Origin: Hydrolagus colliei
Taxonomy: Eukaryota
Direction: 5' to 3'
Length of the DNA: 64,000 nt
Assembly (NCBI GenBank): GCA_035084275.1
Contig: CM068749.1
Span: forward strand, 19,096,001-19,160,000
This document shows positions 25,001 through 39,500 of the stretch, piece by piece. Made by a program: the position numbers and the translations under genes. The notes beneath the pieces were generated by a model. It was given only the letters and a program-made list of their open reading frames with translations. It did no database searches and was not told the origin of the DNA. How positions within the stretch are numbered: the stretch's first letter is position 1; the number at the start of each line of letters is the position of its first letter.

Positions 25001-28000
25001 CTGAACTGACCTTGTGAACTACAGTATATGGAGACATTGCCTTGGAAGGTACACCACCCTCATTAAACCTCCAGGAAGACAGATTATTGAATGAACATCT
25101 TGGCATTAAATCATGATGAGCATGGTAACAACAACAAAGTTTCACTTGTACAGTGCCTTTCATGTCAGGAGGACGTCCCAAGGAAACCACAGGCATCAGA
25201 AAGCATGTCTACAGATAGGCTGCCATGAGAGGTGAACATTTTGTTAACACCGAGGACCAAAGTTTGGCAAGTGTGCTTCTGAAACGTAAATATCATACAC
25301 TTCCAACAACATGGCCAAATGAAAACTTTAAAGTCTCCAACCAGCCAGTCTCCAACACACTCCCTGATACATGTGTCAATGTAATCATTTTTGAACCTCT
25401 CTGGTTTGAGAATTTTCCTCCGATGCCTGAAATCTGATATGTACGGTAGTCCAGTTTTCTGGCATTGCAAAATGAGAAAAAATTTAATTTATGTTTTATC
25501 TAGCTTCCTCCACGTCTGCTTACAAAGCTTGGTGATATTTCACAAAATGAATACACAATAACCAGGCTGACTACTTGGTACTGGACCAGTTGTGGTTGAG
25601 GATTTAACAAACAAAGCTGAAATCTGTATAGAATGCAACATTTTGAGTTTTCAAACAAAATTAACAGTAGTTAGGTGTGAAGAGCTTTCAGATGGTCTGA
25701 TGTGACAAAACATTAATTCTGGCTTTAAGTAAATCTATACACTACGCAATTCTAAGATTCAGTACTGTTACGTCAGGATGCAAAAATCTCAAAATGTGGA
25801 TTGAAATGCATCGATTCATATGCTATTGCTTAAAATACTTCAAAAACATCTCGAATAGCTTTAGGAAACTATGCACTAGTACAAGAACCTAACTACCGAG
25901 TTGTCTGCTTACAGAAAAACATATCCATTTTGTGCAAGGTTAGATAAAATGGCAGAGAAAAATGCTTTCAACGAAAATATCAGTTACACTTCCACTGCCG
26001 TTCAAAAAGTCACACGACTTCGATTGAAATGTTACCGAATAAATTTGATCCACAAAGTGCCTACTTTCTGCTGTAATTGATATTCTCTCTACTGGTTTAA
26101 AATACCACATAATAATCTGAATTTCAATATAGGCAGCATTCACTTTGTAGGTCATACTTGCAGCTGAAGTAACTTTTTCCACTCAAATAGTTTTTCAGGA
26201 ACGCTGTTAGAATGATTTCTTGCAGAATGCCTGGCAAGCAGCCAAGTTAAAGAGCCAGCCACCAGATGTCTTGGTTAGCACTCGTCTGTCTCACAGAACT
26301 ATTATTTCTCTTTGTGTTGATTCAAAGTGCAGATTATTAAATTAAATATGTTTTAATGAAATGGTTTGTTGCTTCTAGTACAATAAATTAAAGACAGACT
26401 GGCCATTTGAACCTCAAGGATCTATTTTTCTTCTTTACAATGCTGATGAACAATGTAATAACTTCATCATTCAATACTTTAATATTTACTGTACAAGATA
26501 CTATTTTGTGCTGATAATACCACCATCTTGTAGCAAAAAAATACAGAAAAAAATCTACAATAATGCAATCTCTTTAAGGGGCTGGATATTGTAAATTGCA
26601 CTAATAGTAATTGACACACCAGTGCTACATGAGAAATAGGTCATTCATTCTACTGCTGTTTGAGGGGTATTAGCTGCTTCATTTGTTCACAAAATCTGAA
26701 TATCAATATAATATTATTTTGTACAGTACAACATAAAATTACATTTTTAGAGAGCCCCAGTAGACTTTTTATAATGGAGGTTGGGAGGCAGACAAAAGGT
26801 GGATTGTAACATAATACTGGAAACTCCATTTCACAGTATATCCTGTGAAGCGCCTTGCAACGATGCGATTAGACCCTATGTCAACAGCAAGGTTTAAGAT
26901 TAATATTTTGCAGAAATAACCTCATTGTCAAACCAAAGGAAATGCAATCATCTTAAACAAGCAGATTTGTGAAAGTTAGAATGTGGGAATGTTCTTCAGA
27001 TAGTACTACCATATGGCCAAGATGAGATATTTGAATCCATCTGCTCAAAACCTCAACAATTCTTCTGGCCTTGTACACAAAATTACATGACCACACAGGA
27101 AACCAGTTTTAGAATCTCACTGTGATTATGTGGAAATGGCATCTCAGATCGTGAACTATATATTTTACCGCATCAAAATCACATGGAACCAAACAACAAC
27201 AAAATTACATTTCTAGAATGCCCTTCATATCAGGAGGACATCCCAAGACGTTGGATGTAAAATATTACAGTACTTCCCACCTATTAACCAAGTACTCACT
27301 TGTTTTTTAAACAAAGGAATTAGACATTTAGTGTACACTTAAACTGTACATGGAGTCAAATGCAACTGTAGATATTTACTTCCACATACAAAGTTTGAAG
27401 AGGGCTGCACACAGAAACATTTACATCAATTTTGTAATTTGCATAAATTGAATTTTATGAGTTAGGCTGTTAATCTGAGTTTTGCTGAATCACAGCTACT
27501 CAAAGGGCAAACAATACTTATGGCATAAGCATTACACCCAGGTGGCAAGATTTAATCTTCAAACTTTGGGAGTGGACAGAAACTACCTGCCAAATACATT
27601 TGATTTGCCTTCTGCACAATATGACTACACATTTCCAGTTTTGTATCATCAAAATAATCTAAACCTTTAAATGTTGCTGATGCTTATAAACCTGCAATAA
27701 GAGTGTTGAAATTTGCAAGCCCCCAAGATATTTATAATGCAAACAGATATGGATTTGTTTCATTCACAACATATGCATTTCAAAGCAAGAGAATCCAAGA
27801 GTTTCCAATGTTTTGTTACAATCCACCTTTTGTCTGCCTCCCAAACGCCATTATAAAGAAAGTACTGTACAAAACTCAGAAAACCATTTTATTCAACTAG
27901 CTTCACATTCCACTGCAGGATTAGGAGCAAAAAGGCAGTTTAAACTGTCTATGAATTCTATTCCTGCTTTAGGTTCTGAACTCTATATTACCTCATATTT

Positions 28001-28479
28001 TCTTTAACGTTCTTCTTAAATTAAGTGTGCATGTGGCATTGAAAAAAGTACAGGGTTACATTTATACATGAGTAATAATTCTTTTCTATCTGTATCATTA
28101 GTTCAATTATCTTTTAAAACATTTTTGATCAACATCACCTTCCATCTTCCTTCAACTAATTTTACACAATCAGGATGTGAGCTTCTCTTTAAAAAGTTTT
28201 TGTTTAAGACCTTTACCAGGCGTGGGATATATAATTGGATGGCCAAATATTCTGTAAACTTTTTAGGCCCCTTATACCCTCTAGTATAGTTTACCATTTT
28301 TGTTTAACGTTTTTGTTGTTTACATACAGTATTTACGAGATCTAGCAGCAAAGAAACTTTTCAATGTTGTAATATTTCTATCTGAAACATAGTATTTCTA
28401 TTCATCAACACTAATGATACAGTTGCAATTTTCCACTCTAATGTTATGTTGCAATTTTGTCACAACATTAATGACCTGG

Positions 28480-29240
28480 AGTACAGTTTCCAAACTTGCA
28501 GATGTTACTAAGCTAGAAAAAGTAGTAAACAGTAAGCGAAGTAGCAGATTGCAACACTACAGACTGGTAAATCAGCAGATGAAGTTTAATGTGGATACAT
28601 GCAAAGTGATACATTTTGGGAGGAAGAATGAGTAGAGGCAATATAAGCTAGATGGCAGAATCTTAAAGAGGGTGAAGGAACAGAGAGAACAGGGGGTTCT
28701 TTTAAGTAAATCTTTGAAACTGATAGGAAAGATAGGTAAAGCTGTTAAAAAAGCATACAGGAAATTGAATACAAAAATCAGAAAGCTACGATAAGCCTGT
28801 AAAAAACACTGGTTAGAGGACCGTGTTCAGTTCTGGGTACCATACTTTAGAAGGATGTCAAGGAAATGGAAAGGGTGCAAAGGAGATTTACTAGGATGGA
28901 GCCAGGAATGAAGGACTTCAGTTATCAGGAAAGGCTAGAGAGCTAGGATTATTCTCCTTGGAGCAGAGAAGATGTAATACAAGTTTTCAAAATAATGTGA
29001 GGATTCGATAGGGTGAACAGGAGAAACTATTTCCACTGACGGTTGGGTCGATAACCCAAGGACCCCAATTTAAAATAGTTGTTAAAATAAACAGGGGAGG
29101 CAAGAATTTTTTTTCATACTGTCGAGTTCTTCGGATCTGGAAAGTATTGCCTGAAGGTTGGTGGTAGTTGATTCGATAACAACTTTTACAAGCAAATTTG
29201 GGGGAGGACAAGTTTGCAAGGCTTGATAAATGCTTATCCA
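28480..29240 (+). mobile_element. Degenerate CR1-clade LINE ORF2 3' fragment
   Basis: SKLADVTKL (FADDTKL-like), QQMKFNVDTCKVIHFGRKN, KAVKKA, VQFWVP, ERVQRRFTRM remnants with stops and frameshifts. Confidence 0.9.
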
Positions 29241-30966
29241 GCTCCAACAAAAAGTGGTCATAGGTTGGCAAGAGCCAAAGTGTGGGGAATCCAGGAACCA
29301 GGATAAAAACAAAACATTTACTTGATTGTAATAGCCAATTATGTCACTTTGAAGCCAGTTCAGTGCTGAGGAATCCATGCTTATTCCCCAACTCCCCCCA
29401 CCTCCACCCAAAGAAAAAAAATCACAAATTACTCGCTGTTAAATATTTCACACTTCAGTTTGGAAGGTGGGAGATGGAAACAATGAAAGCTACAGCTACA
29501 CACCAGCAAACAAAATTCACATATAAAAATGGTGCAATGACCTCAAAGGACCAAATGGCCCACTTTAGTTCCAATTTTCCTATTCCTGTCTTTCACCTTG
29601 GCACAAAGGTGTTCCAAGATGCAGCAATTTTTCCACTTGAAAATAGCCAACTTCATATCTAATTCCTGTGAAATTCCACCTAGAGGGCTTTGTTTGCATT
29701 GAAAATAACACGGGCAAGCAGGAGGATGAAATAAACAGCACTTGAAAGATAGTTAATTATGCTGATTCAATCAATTCTCCTCATTTTACTTTGCAATTTC
29801 CTTATTCTCTCAATAAATAGTTCCAAACACCACAGCAAGTCACAAAACATTCAGAAATCCAGATGAACGTTCAAGCACACGGTTGAGTAGAGTGGGAGAG
29901 ATGACAAAGTTAACTTTGTGGCAAGGAAACATCAAGCTTGGGTTTTAAAGGCTTATAGATTGTAGCTTATTAGTCCAGGAATTCAGCAAATTGGATCCAA
30001 AGCTTTCCAAATTGCACAGGAGACTAACGTATCAGCAACTTGTCGTATTGTGATGTTGTAATACAAAACTGGAATTTTGCACTTCAGTCATTTGTCTTTA
30101 CATGATATTTAGGTCAACCATGCATGGTGTCCTCTTCAAAAGCATCAATGCATGAAGAGCCTCCAGTCATGCTATTTGCTTTAGAGTTCCTTAGTGCATG
30201 CTTTTATAACATCCAGATTCTTAGAGGATGTTGGCCATGCAAAAAAAAAATTGAATCTTGATTAAAGAGCAAAAAATGCATTTTTTGTAAATTATTTTTG
30301 ATTGAACGATACTGGTTTGATTAGGATTGCTCTATGAGTAGTAGAAAACAAATAAAGAGCCAATTAATGTATAATTGAGCAGGGTTGATATTCGTTGAGT
30401 TACAATTATTAATGCAACACGTAACAGCAACAACTCTGCCAGCTTTTCTAACACTTTCAGGCTCAATACTGTTACTCAAGGTCCCCTCCAGTTTAAGCAA
30501 ACAAAGTAAAAGGAAGTTGCAATTAAAATTCTTTATCAACTGATATCTTTTTAAAAAGAGTTTCCAGTAGCCAAGAACTGAATGTATCAACAAATTTAAA
30601 TTTACTAATAAGTATCCAAGGAAAGTACTTCAAATCTGCCAGTTCGCAAAACATATAGAACCAGCAAAAAGAACCAATGGAAAAAATAGATCTTCTATTC
30701 TACTGTGGAAAATAAAGCTACAATATTTTTTAAAGAAAAATGAACTGCTTATTAAAGTGGTCTGACTGACATTACATGGTTTCAGCCATCCTCCCACTAC
30801 TCATTAGGTGCAGTGCGGGGGAATGAAGATGTACCAAGCAAGTAAAAATGGAGCAAACATATTAGTTCTGTGAAAGATGTGTGATGTAATGGTGGAGGAA
30901 TGTCAATGAGGCCGAAACATTTCTTCCCCAACATTTCTCAGGGAGTAAATTCAGCATTTAACACCT

Positions 30967-31094
30967 AATTTGGCTGTTGCATTTTGCCCACAAATATACA
31001 GTCAACTCACTTTATAGTATATCCGTGAAGCGCTTTGAGACGTCTAGAAGAAGTGAAAAGTGCTATATCAAATGCAAGGATTAATATTAATTAT
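30967..31094 (+). mobile_element. 3' fragment of the same SINE
   Basis: ttggctg..cccacaaatatacagtcaactcacttta..gaagcgctttgagacgtctagaag..atatcaaatgcaaggatt. Confidence 0.88.
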
Positions 31095-32773
31095 GTCAAA
31101 TTGTTCAAGTGTATGTAGCCGTGTCGCGTTGAAAGTTGTGTGCCAGTTTTTAAAGTGCTCAATGTGATATTGTAGGTTTTTCTTCTAAATCAATTATGTC
31201 AGCATTCTTCCAGAAAGTCTATGTGACTTTCGAGACAGTGACTGGTCTTGTCTTGTATGGATCAAGGGCAGTCAATGCCAATTTTTAATTAAAAAAGGCA
31301 CAAATTGCCTCTTATGAACCAGTCATGGCTTTGAGACTTGATGTATCTGGTATGAATTACAGTATACATTTCTGATTTAATAATAAATTCAGAGTGACTC
31401 TGTACATAAAGAGGATATGTGAGAATGGATTACTTGAACCAGTTCACCAGGATTTGTTAAGACAAACACCATCTACGAAGAGCATACAGATCAAAAGCAC
31501 CTTTTTGTTTTAAAAAGAAGAAACTGATCAGAATTCTGCCATACATGTACAATGTTTGGTCGTTCACCAACAGACAACGGATTCATTTATTAAATTTCAA
31601 GCTATCCTCGAGGAAAGGAATTGTTTAACTATAAAACTAGCTGTGAGCAACCCATAAATTGAATAAGTTTTAATACATGCTTTTCTGAAACAAAACTACC
31701 TACAATAACTGCAAAGGATTGAACAATATCCATAGGCTTAACAGATGAATCAATTAGATTTAGCCTGCAAGTTTGTGTCTTCTGGCAATATCTTTCACTT
31801 AATTTTGATTCTTGACGCAGTGACATATCTGCTCATAAAAGTTAATTGTTAAATCCAGTTTGTGCAACCAAATCGCTAATAAGGAAAGACACAGCTTCCA
31901 TATAGCGGATGAGGTCGGTTTACAGGAACTTGTCTAGCCAGTACTCAAATAAGAATCTTAGTGAGTCTAAATAGTAACAGTAGCCAAAACAGTGTAAAAT
32001 TATTTATATGTAGAGATTTATTATTGCAATATCACTTCCACAATATGTAAAGGCACAAACCACACACGTGCTGAAACAAATGCAAGTTTTAATCCTATAA
32101 TACCAAGTTAGTTGCTCAGTATCTAAGGCTCATCCCCTGATGGAACAGAAAGTGATGCTGGAGAAAACGAGAGATAGGAAGTTGCAAGTGGTGACGGGAT
32201 TTGTAGGTGAAAGTGCCCCAATGTTGCACAAACCACAAAATGAAAGCATCCAACCTTTCAGCCAAATGAATGATTTGTGGGCAAGATCAATCAATGTCAG
32301 GATGTTTCTATAGTGAAATAAAATCACCTTGTTCTGCACCTTATCCAAATTCTAGTCCCATTTTAGCTTAAAAGAAAAGCTTATATACCTACACACACAA
32401 CTACACAAAAACCACTCACATTCAAACAAGTTATCATAAAAGGGATGGTTTACCACAAACTGTCTTAATTGAAGCATTCAATTTATTTCATGTGATAGTC
32501 AGTTTTTGACTATCTTCCCATTGCATGCACGAAAACCTAGGGCGGTTGCTGCCACATTTTACAACTAGAACTTTCTGGCATTACAGACTGATCACGGGGA
32601 AGAAGGCTTCTTATTAAACTACACAGCTGCAGGATCTTAAAGACTAATAGTGTTCCAGGGTTAAAACAAACTATTTCTATGTAACCCATTTTAAATCTTT
32701 CAAAACCAAATTACACATTGGTCTCGGTTATACCAACCTAGAATCCAAACATCTTAATGATAAATAAAAAGCA

Positions 32774-33552
32774 ACAACAACAACAACAATTTACATTTAT
32801 AAATTTCACGTCGGGAGGACGTCCCAAGGCGCTGCACAGGAGGCGTGTGACCCGAGCTGGGAGGGGAGTGTTTGGGAAGGGGTGAAACACGAAGGGAAGG
32901 TAAAAGAGTTCGGGGTGGAACAGAAGGCACGGTCGAAGAGGAAAGTCTTCAAACCGGCCTTGAAAGAGGAAAGGGAAGAGACGAAACGGAGGGATTGAGG
33001 GATGGCATTCCATAAGGTGGGAGCTGAGAAACTGAAGGCCCGGCCTCCGATGGTGGGGCGGTTCGGGCGGGGAGCTTGGAGCAGGCCAAGTCCTGTTGAA
33101 CGGAGGGTCCGGGTGGGCGTGTAGGGGGAGAGTAGATCGGTTAGGTAGGATGGGGCAAGGCCGTGTAAGGCCTTGTAGGTGAGGACGAGGATCTTAAACT
33201 CGATCCTCTGGAGGATGGGGAGCCAGTGGAGACGGGCGAGGGTGGGGGTTATGTGGTCGCGGAGGCGGGTGCGGGATAGTACACGGGCTGCAGAGTTTTG
33301 GATGGCCTGCAGCCTATGAATGGAGGAACTGGGGAGGCCGACTAGGAGAGAATTTCCGTAGTCCAGCCGTGAGGTGATGTATGCATGCACGAGTGTTTCG
33401 GCAGCGCGGGGGGTAAGATAATTACGGAGCCTGGCTATGTTGCGCAGATGGAAATAGGCGGTGCCGGTTAAGGCGCGGATGTGGGGGACGAAGGAAAGTT
33501 TTTGATCGAACATGATGCCGAGGTTCCTGATTGGCTTTGTGAGGTGGAGTGC
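32774..33552 (-). mobile_element. 5'-truncated L2-clade LINE (ORF2 C-terminal part, 3' stem-loop, (TTG)n tail)
   Basis: Uninterrupted frame RNLGIMFDQKLSF..AYFHLRNIARLR..LVHAYITSRLDYGNSLL..LQAIQNSAARVL..HITPTLARLHWLPILQRIEFKILVLTYKAL..GGRAFS..LWNAIP..FKAGLKTFLF; candidate TSD aaaagca at 32767-32773 and 33553-33559. Confidence 0.95.
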
Positions 33553-35399
33553 AAAAGCAGCAGCAATACAACTTATTTCCACTACTGCAGTCAGTGAGTG
33601 AGCTGCAAAATCTACCTCTAACCAAATAATTTTCAGGAGTCAGGGAGAACATTAAAAAGATAAATCATGAAAGTCATCACACAAACATCCAAGTCCCAGA
33701 ACCGCATTCCTTTGTTGGATACATGATATGCAATACAAAAACTTTTCATTTTAGTCAGTTTCGATTACCGGTAAATACATTTATCCCTACAAATAAAACA
33801 AACTTTGAAAGTATGAGTCATGTGGCAAAAACAAAATCAAGTTTAATCATTTTGAACAATTGAATTAAAAAATATACAAATGTTTCAGACATTTCTTCCA
33901 AAATAAATAGGCTCCAACATTTCATATTTAGGATTGAAAAGCATAGTATATTGGCCACAACATTTTAGTGATGTTGATTGCACTACTAAACTTTTGTTCT
34001 GCAGTTCACTGAGTGAGCACCAAGTCACCTCTGTTATCATTCCGGTAAACATTTCCAAATGGGCATACCAACATATACTGACTATTTTCAAAGAATTATC
34101 AAAGGCTACAGTTGTGTTTCACCAGCTGTTATATCTGATAACAATCGACTTATCAGGTGGAAGAATGCATGCATCAACTCCTTAATTTCAACTGCTTAGC
34201 AATATTAATTACAGGCAATTACTTCCCTTTCCATTATCCCTTATCATATAGATGCAAACAGCACGAAACCAAATCAACTCATGTTGCTTTCTGAAGAATA
34301 CTAATCCCAAATAAAAGAATGAAGCATCCGTTGATCTCCATCACTATCTCTGATCCCCCACCCCCATGTTGACAGAATGACCTGTTGATACATTTGAACT
34401 AAGTATCCATCAGGCAAACTTTGCCTTGTAATTTCTCAATTGAAATGCGAGAGTATTTATCAGAGTTGGAGATCAAAGTATGGGCAGTTTTTTTAAAAAA
34501 GTACACTCATGTAACAATGCCAACTACTTCCTAATAAAATCTGCCCGAATGCAAAATCCACTCTTAGATAATTCACAGTAAGTTTTTTGGCATAATTTTA
34601 CTCTCTTCGGGCTGTTTTGAATACCAATCACCTTTTGTTTTGTTTCATTTGCAGCTTTGAAACCTTTACCAATCAAGAGCTCTGTGAAACCCGGTGGGTG
34701 ACGACATAACTCAAATGTACTTAAAAATTGAGGACGGTAGACTTTGCACTTTATATAATATGTACACTTTAAAGCTCTCGGTCGGACAAACCGTTAGCTT
34801 TCGGCCATAAGTTAACAGGCGTTGCGACAAAAAAACGCTTTTTTAAAAAAAAATGGCTAGATTCATTCGGATTTAAAACGCCTCAAGCGGAACCACGAAA
34901 CTCTCCACTAAATCACACAATCAATCCACTCCTCTCTTCTCGCACGTTCTCCTTTTACTATTTTGACCCATTTTAATCCTTTCCTCTGGGGAGGGGTTTG
35001 GTGGTATGTGTGTGTGTTTGTGGAAAAGAGGGACGTGGCTGAAACTCACGTCGACCAATTCGCTCAGTATTTATTCTCCAAGGAATTTCTCCTCCACATC
35101 AAAGAGCTCTCTGCTGCTCTCTCACAGACAATGGGATTGGAAAGACCTTCATTAAAAAGACACCTCCCCCCCCCCGCCCCCATCTAATCCCTCCAAGACT
35201 TTTTTTGTTATTATTCTTCACTGTAAAATCTTATTACGAATTTCCGACAAGTATAGCAGTTCCTTACCCCCCCCCCTCACGTACAAAAAAATCCTAGGCG
35301 TCACTCAAACCACAGAACCTTCTCTTCCTTTTCGAGGTAAAAGTAAAAGGGACCGTTATCTTTTGTTCAGAATCCCTTCCTCACAAAATGTTGATTGAT

Positions 35400-36070
35400 G
35401 GTGGAGGCGGACAGGGAGAGGAAAGTTCAGTTACAACGCATTAGACCACAAAACTCAGCCCGAAAACATCGCCGCGCGGTTAAATTAAGTTCTTCACATA
35501 TTATAGATACTGCACATACACATATATATACACACACACAGTATTAAATGAAAGATTTTTTTTCTCTCGCTGGTTCGTTCGCTACCGGCCTGCGAATGCA
35601 AGGAATTTACCTTGTTCCGTACTTCTGCGGTCAGCCCGTACGCCGGACCTTTGTTGAATTGAGCCATTGTGTTGATGGTAATGAAGGTAGTGTGTGTACA
35701 GGCAGAGGAGATAAGAAATGGCTGTGGATATTGTCTCTCTCTCACTCACACACGCTTCTCACACAGTGACCTAGACTCACTGGGCAACGACAAGCGACAC
35801 GAGGTCGGGGGGTCCAGGGAACGTTCGAGAAGGCGCCCCGGCAGCGCTCGCGACGACGTTCTCTTTTCAAAAAAAACACTTCCCAACCGCCACTCGCTCG
35901 AGCGCCAACACAATGTTAATGTGGATGCTAGTGTTAACACTAATGCAGCCGCCGAAGCCTCGACCGATTGTCCCTCCCGCCCTGCGCGATTGGGGTGTAA
36001 GTGAGTGAGAGGGGAGGGAAAGAAGGGGAGGGAGGGGGGGAAGAGAGAAGGGGACCAATCGCTCCTCCCT
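35400..36070 (-). promoter_or_regulatory. CpG-rich CNN3 promoter/5'UTR region
   Basis: Local CpG enrichment against an AT-rich CpG-poor background; CCCGCCC box near 35976; CCAAT motifs near 35989 (-) and 36055 (+). Confidence 0.7.
35611..35667 (-). CDS. CNN3: Calponin-3 exon 1 coding part (start codon)
   Basis: acaATGG context; MAQFNKGPAYGLTAEVRNK|gtaaat. The seven exons sum to 990 nt = 329 aa + stop; intron 1 is about 16.4 kb. Confidence 0.96.
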
Positions 36071-36094
36071 CCCTGTCTTTGTTTCATCTTGGAA

Positions 36095-36532
36095 ACGCTA
36101 CTGCTGCTCTCCACTACACACACAAACACACTGCATACAAACTCTCCCCACCTCCCCCACCACACTCTGCTGTCCCCCCCTCCCCCCCCACACACTGCTC
36201 CCCACACACACACTGCTCCCCCCATACACACACTCCTGTCCCACACACTGCCCCCCCCATCATACACACACTGCTGTCTCACCCTCCTCCCAAATACACA
36301 CACACACACACTGCTGTCCCACCTCCCCCACACACATTGCTCCACCCCCCCCGTACAAACACACTGCTACCCCCCCCCCCCCCCCACACACATTACCATC
36401 ATTAGACACACAGCTCCCCACTCTGAACTCCCCCTATCCCACTATCATCTTCATTTCCAATCAGCAGCGCCTCCACCACCATCCCCCTCCACTGTGTGAA
36501 CCAGCCTCCTTCCCCCCCCCCCACCCCCCCCC
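36095..36532. repeat. Degenerate C/A-rich tandem array (unit like cacacactgctgtcccccc) upstream of CNN3
   Basis: Repeated acacactgct + C-run units; G-rich on the minus strand. Confidence 0.85.
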
Positions 36533-39500
36533 AAAAAAAGGGCCTGGAGTGAGCAGTGTTTGCCTTGGTTGGGGACAAAGGCTCCTCTCTTTCTCCATTC
36601 CTTCCCTCCGTCCCACGGGGATAACGGTCTGTTTTCAGGACGCTTCTATAATTGTGGTTTTTTTAAAAAAAAACACACACACATTATTTGGAAACTTTAC
36701 TGCTTGCGGTACCTTTAGTTTTGAATGACCGCATGCCTTGGTGTGTTAGACTTTCTCTACGTGGCATTTCAGATGTCCTTGTTTGAACTGTAAATCAAAA
36801 TGAAATTGTATTTTTTTTCATCTATACCTTATACCAGGAACTGAGTTTTCCCTGCACTGTACTTTGCAGCATTCTGTGGTTTTTCATTGCTGGGCACAAA
36901 GTACAATGACCCTGCTACATTTTACAAATGGTCAATATTTACACCTAGTTGAGACTGGCATTTTTGATTAACTCAAGGACTGCTGCTGCTTACACCTAGG
37001 TGGAGAATTGCACGTTGGAATTACTAAAGAGCACACACATTCTGAATGTTTCCTTACCCAACTCTTTGTAGAATCATTTGAAGCTTACAATCTGCTCCCA
37101 AACCGTTTGTACATCAGTGACAATCACAGCAGTAACCTGAAAGCATGCTTGACACACTTTATTAAGCTATCAAGCTAATAATGCTGTACAAACAGTTGCA
37201 ACTGGCAAGACCCTATATGAAAACATATGCTAAAATTGCATTATGTTGGTAAAAAGATAATTCACCATTAAGACTTTCTAAAAATCAGGCATTAAAAATA
37301 ATTAAAATCTTTTTGCAGCCTTTTGAATATTTTCTTAAACACTGAATGTTAAATGTTACAGAGGAATGATTATTTGTTTTCATTGATTTGAAAGAGTTAC
37401 TGAAGTGAATTAAAATACACACGCTGAAAATATCTTAATATGATAGTACCAATTGATGTTAATTCATCCTTTCAATGTCAGAATGGGTAAATCAATGATA
37501 ACATAAAATTTCACTTTGAAAGTCACCAGACAGTAACAAATGATTCAGATATTCCCGGGTTATCATAACTTTATGCAAGTTTTAAAAAAAGTCTTCCCAA
37601 TATAAAGTGCTTAGTCATTTTCTGTAAACTCAGTGTTTGCCTCATTATTCATTTTGGAAGTATTTATTAACTTCAGCTGTGGGAAATAGTCTTTATGTGT
37701 TCTCTGCCAATGTTGAGCAACTCAGTCACCTAGTACTTCATATGATGACCCTAGCAGTGATCGTTACACAAGAGTTGCACTGTATTTGACTAGGAAATGA
37801 AAAACAAAAGTTAACTTTGATAGTACAATATTCACATGCACCAAATGCAGCACACACCTCTTCAAATTGTGGATTATCCGTAATTACCGATAACTATGCC
37901 TTAGTTAAAGGAACCTTTGTTGGTTTACAGTCAACTCACTGGATGGAGAGTCACACAGAATGCTTGCTGTTCCACCTTTGCAGTCAACAGAAGAAACACT
38001 GGTGTTGCTGATCTTATTTTGGTTGAATTATATCACTTATTGGCAGATTAAGGAGCAGCATTGATAGTACTTCCAGTGAAATTTCCATTTCCATCTCAAG
38101 AGAATGCCGGCAATGAAATGCAAGCAAAGAAGAAAACTAAAAGCATAAACTGTATCATGCATGGAAATAATTTGCAAAAGGGTTATTGGCTACAATATGT
38201 GTAGGCTTATTGGAATGAAATACGGAACAGTAAATGTTAATGGTTACTTTACTGTTCATCATTCTTTGATTGTGAGGCAAAGTGGACAGTGTTCTAGATT
38301 GCTTTCAAAGGCACATTTGACCTCACTAAAAACATGAAAATAGCAAGGCTTGACTCATCCTGATTTTCCCAGCCTTTTCTCAAGTGTCTTGGCCGCGAGG
38401 AAACATTGTGAGGCAGAATTGGCTGACTTCACTGTGTGTGTGTGTTTTTGTATACACACACAATACTGAATATGAAAAATAATTTATTATTGAGTAGTTT
38501 ACAATCTAAAACTCACCATTTCTCTTGGCTTCGCTTACTTTAATTTTTTTTGCTGTTAATGTGTCTGGTGTCCCTTGTACACCAGATTCCTTGCATGATT
38601 TGAAGCAATGCTTATCCCAATTGAAGCATACAGTCTTGGCCTTTGCTGCTCTTCAATCGGTTTTGTCTTAGAATGGTTCCATAAATACAGCTCAGTTTTG
38701 CCCTGTAGAGTTTCGTACCAGTAATGCATCAAAGAACCTTCAGGCTATTTTCAACTGCCAAAACCATCCCCATTGCACTCTCTCACTTTATCTCTCTCAT
38801 TCTATCTAGAAGGTTTGGAACAATTGTTAATTCTTTAGTATCTTTAATGTAAATTCACACTAAGGAATACATCTGCCCAAACAGGTATTTGTGAAATGGC
38901 TTAAAAACTGATACCGGTCAGTGAAGAACTGTTTTTTTTTCATAATACTGTAAATAGTTTTAGGATGCATTTTTGTGGACTGGAAAATCAGCAGAACAGT
39001 GGGTTTTATTTTGAGGCAAATAGCTAATAGCTAACTAAGGCCAGGTGCTGACATATATGTAACAATGTGTTTAAATGCTGTCAATATGAGGTTAAATAGA
39101 ATCAAGTGAGAAATCACTATGGACTGTTTGGGCCTACTTTGATGGAAGGTACTGTATGAAGGAAGTACAGATAATTTGAAAGCAGTAACTGAGATATTTC
39201 ATTGTGTAATTCAGAATGTACTAGTATTGCAACTTTAACAGGCATTAAGCAATTTAAATGGATTAGACAGCATACATCCTACTATCAGAAAGTATTACAA
39301 CTGATTGTCAGTAAATATAATTGTGATAGAGATATGTGGAGAAACAAATATATTCCTCACAGTATAGAATTGGCATTGTAAACCGTGAGTTATATTTTTC
39401 CTAGTGTGAATTAGAATAAGTGAAATATTATCGTGCCGAGTTTGATCTGAGCTAGTGACATGTCTCCTGTCTTGTGGTGCAAAAGTATAATTCCTAGACC

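Noticed and set aside
35668-35745. In-frame N-terminal extension of CNN3 (MRERQYPQ...)
   Set aside because: Starts at GTG; the ATG at 35667 has good context and matches the calponin N-terminus.
35669-36499. Overlapping 111-199 aa ORFs at the CNN3 promoter
   Set aside because: Low-complexity, CpG-island sequence with no recognisable protein motif.
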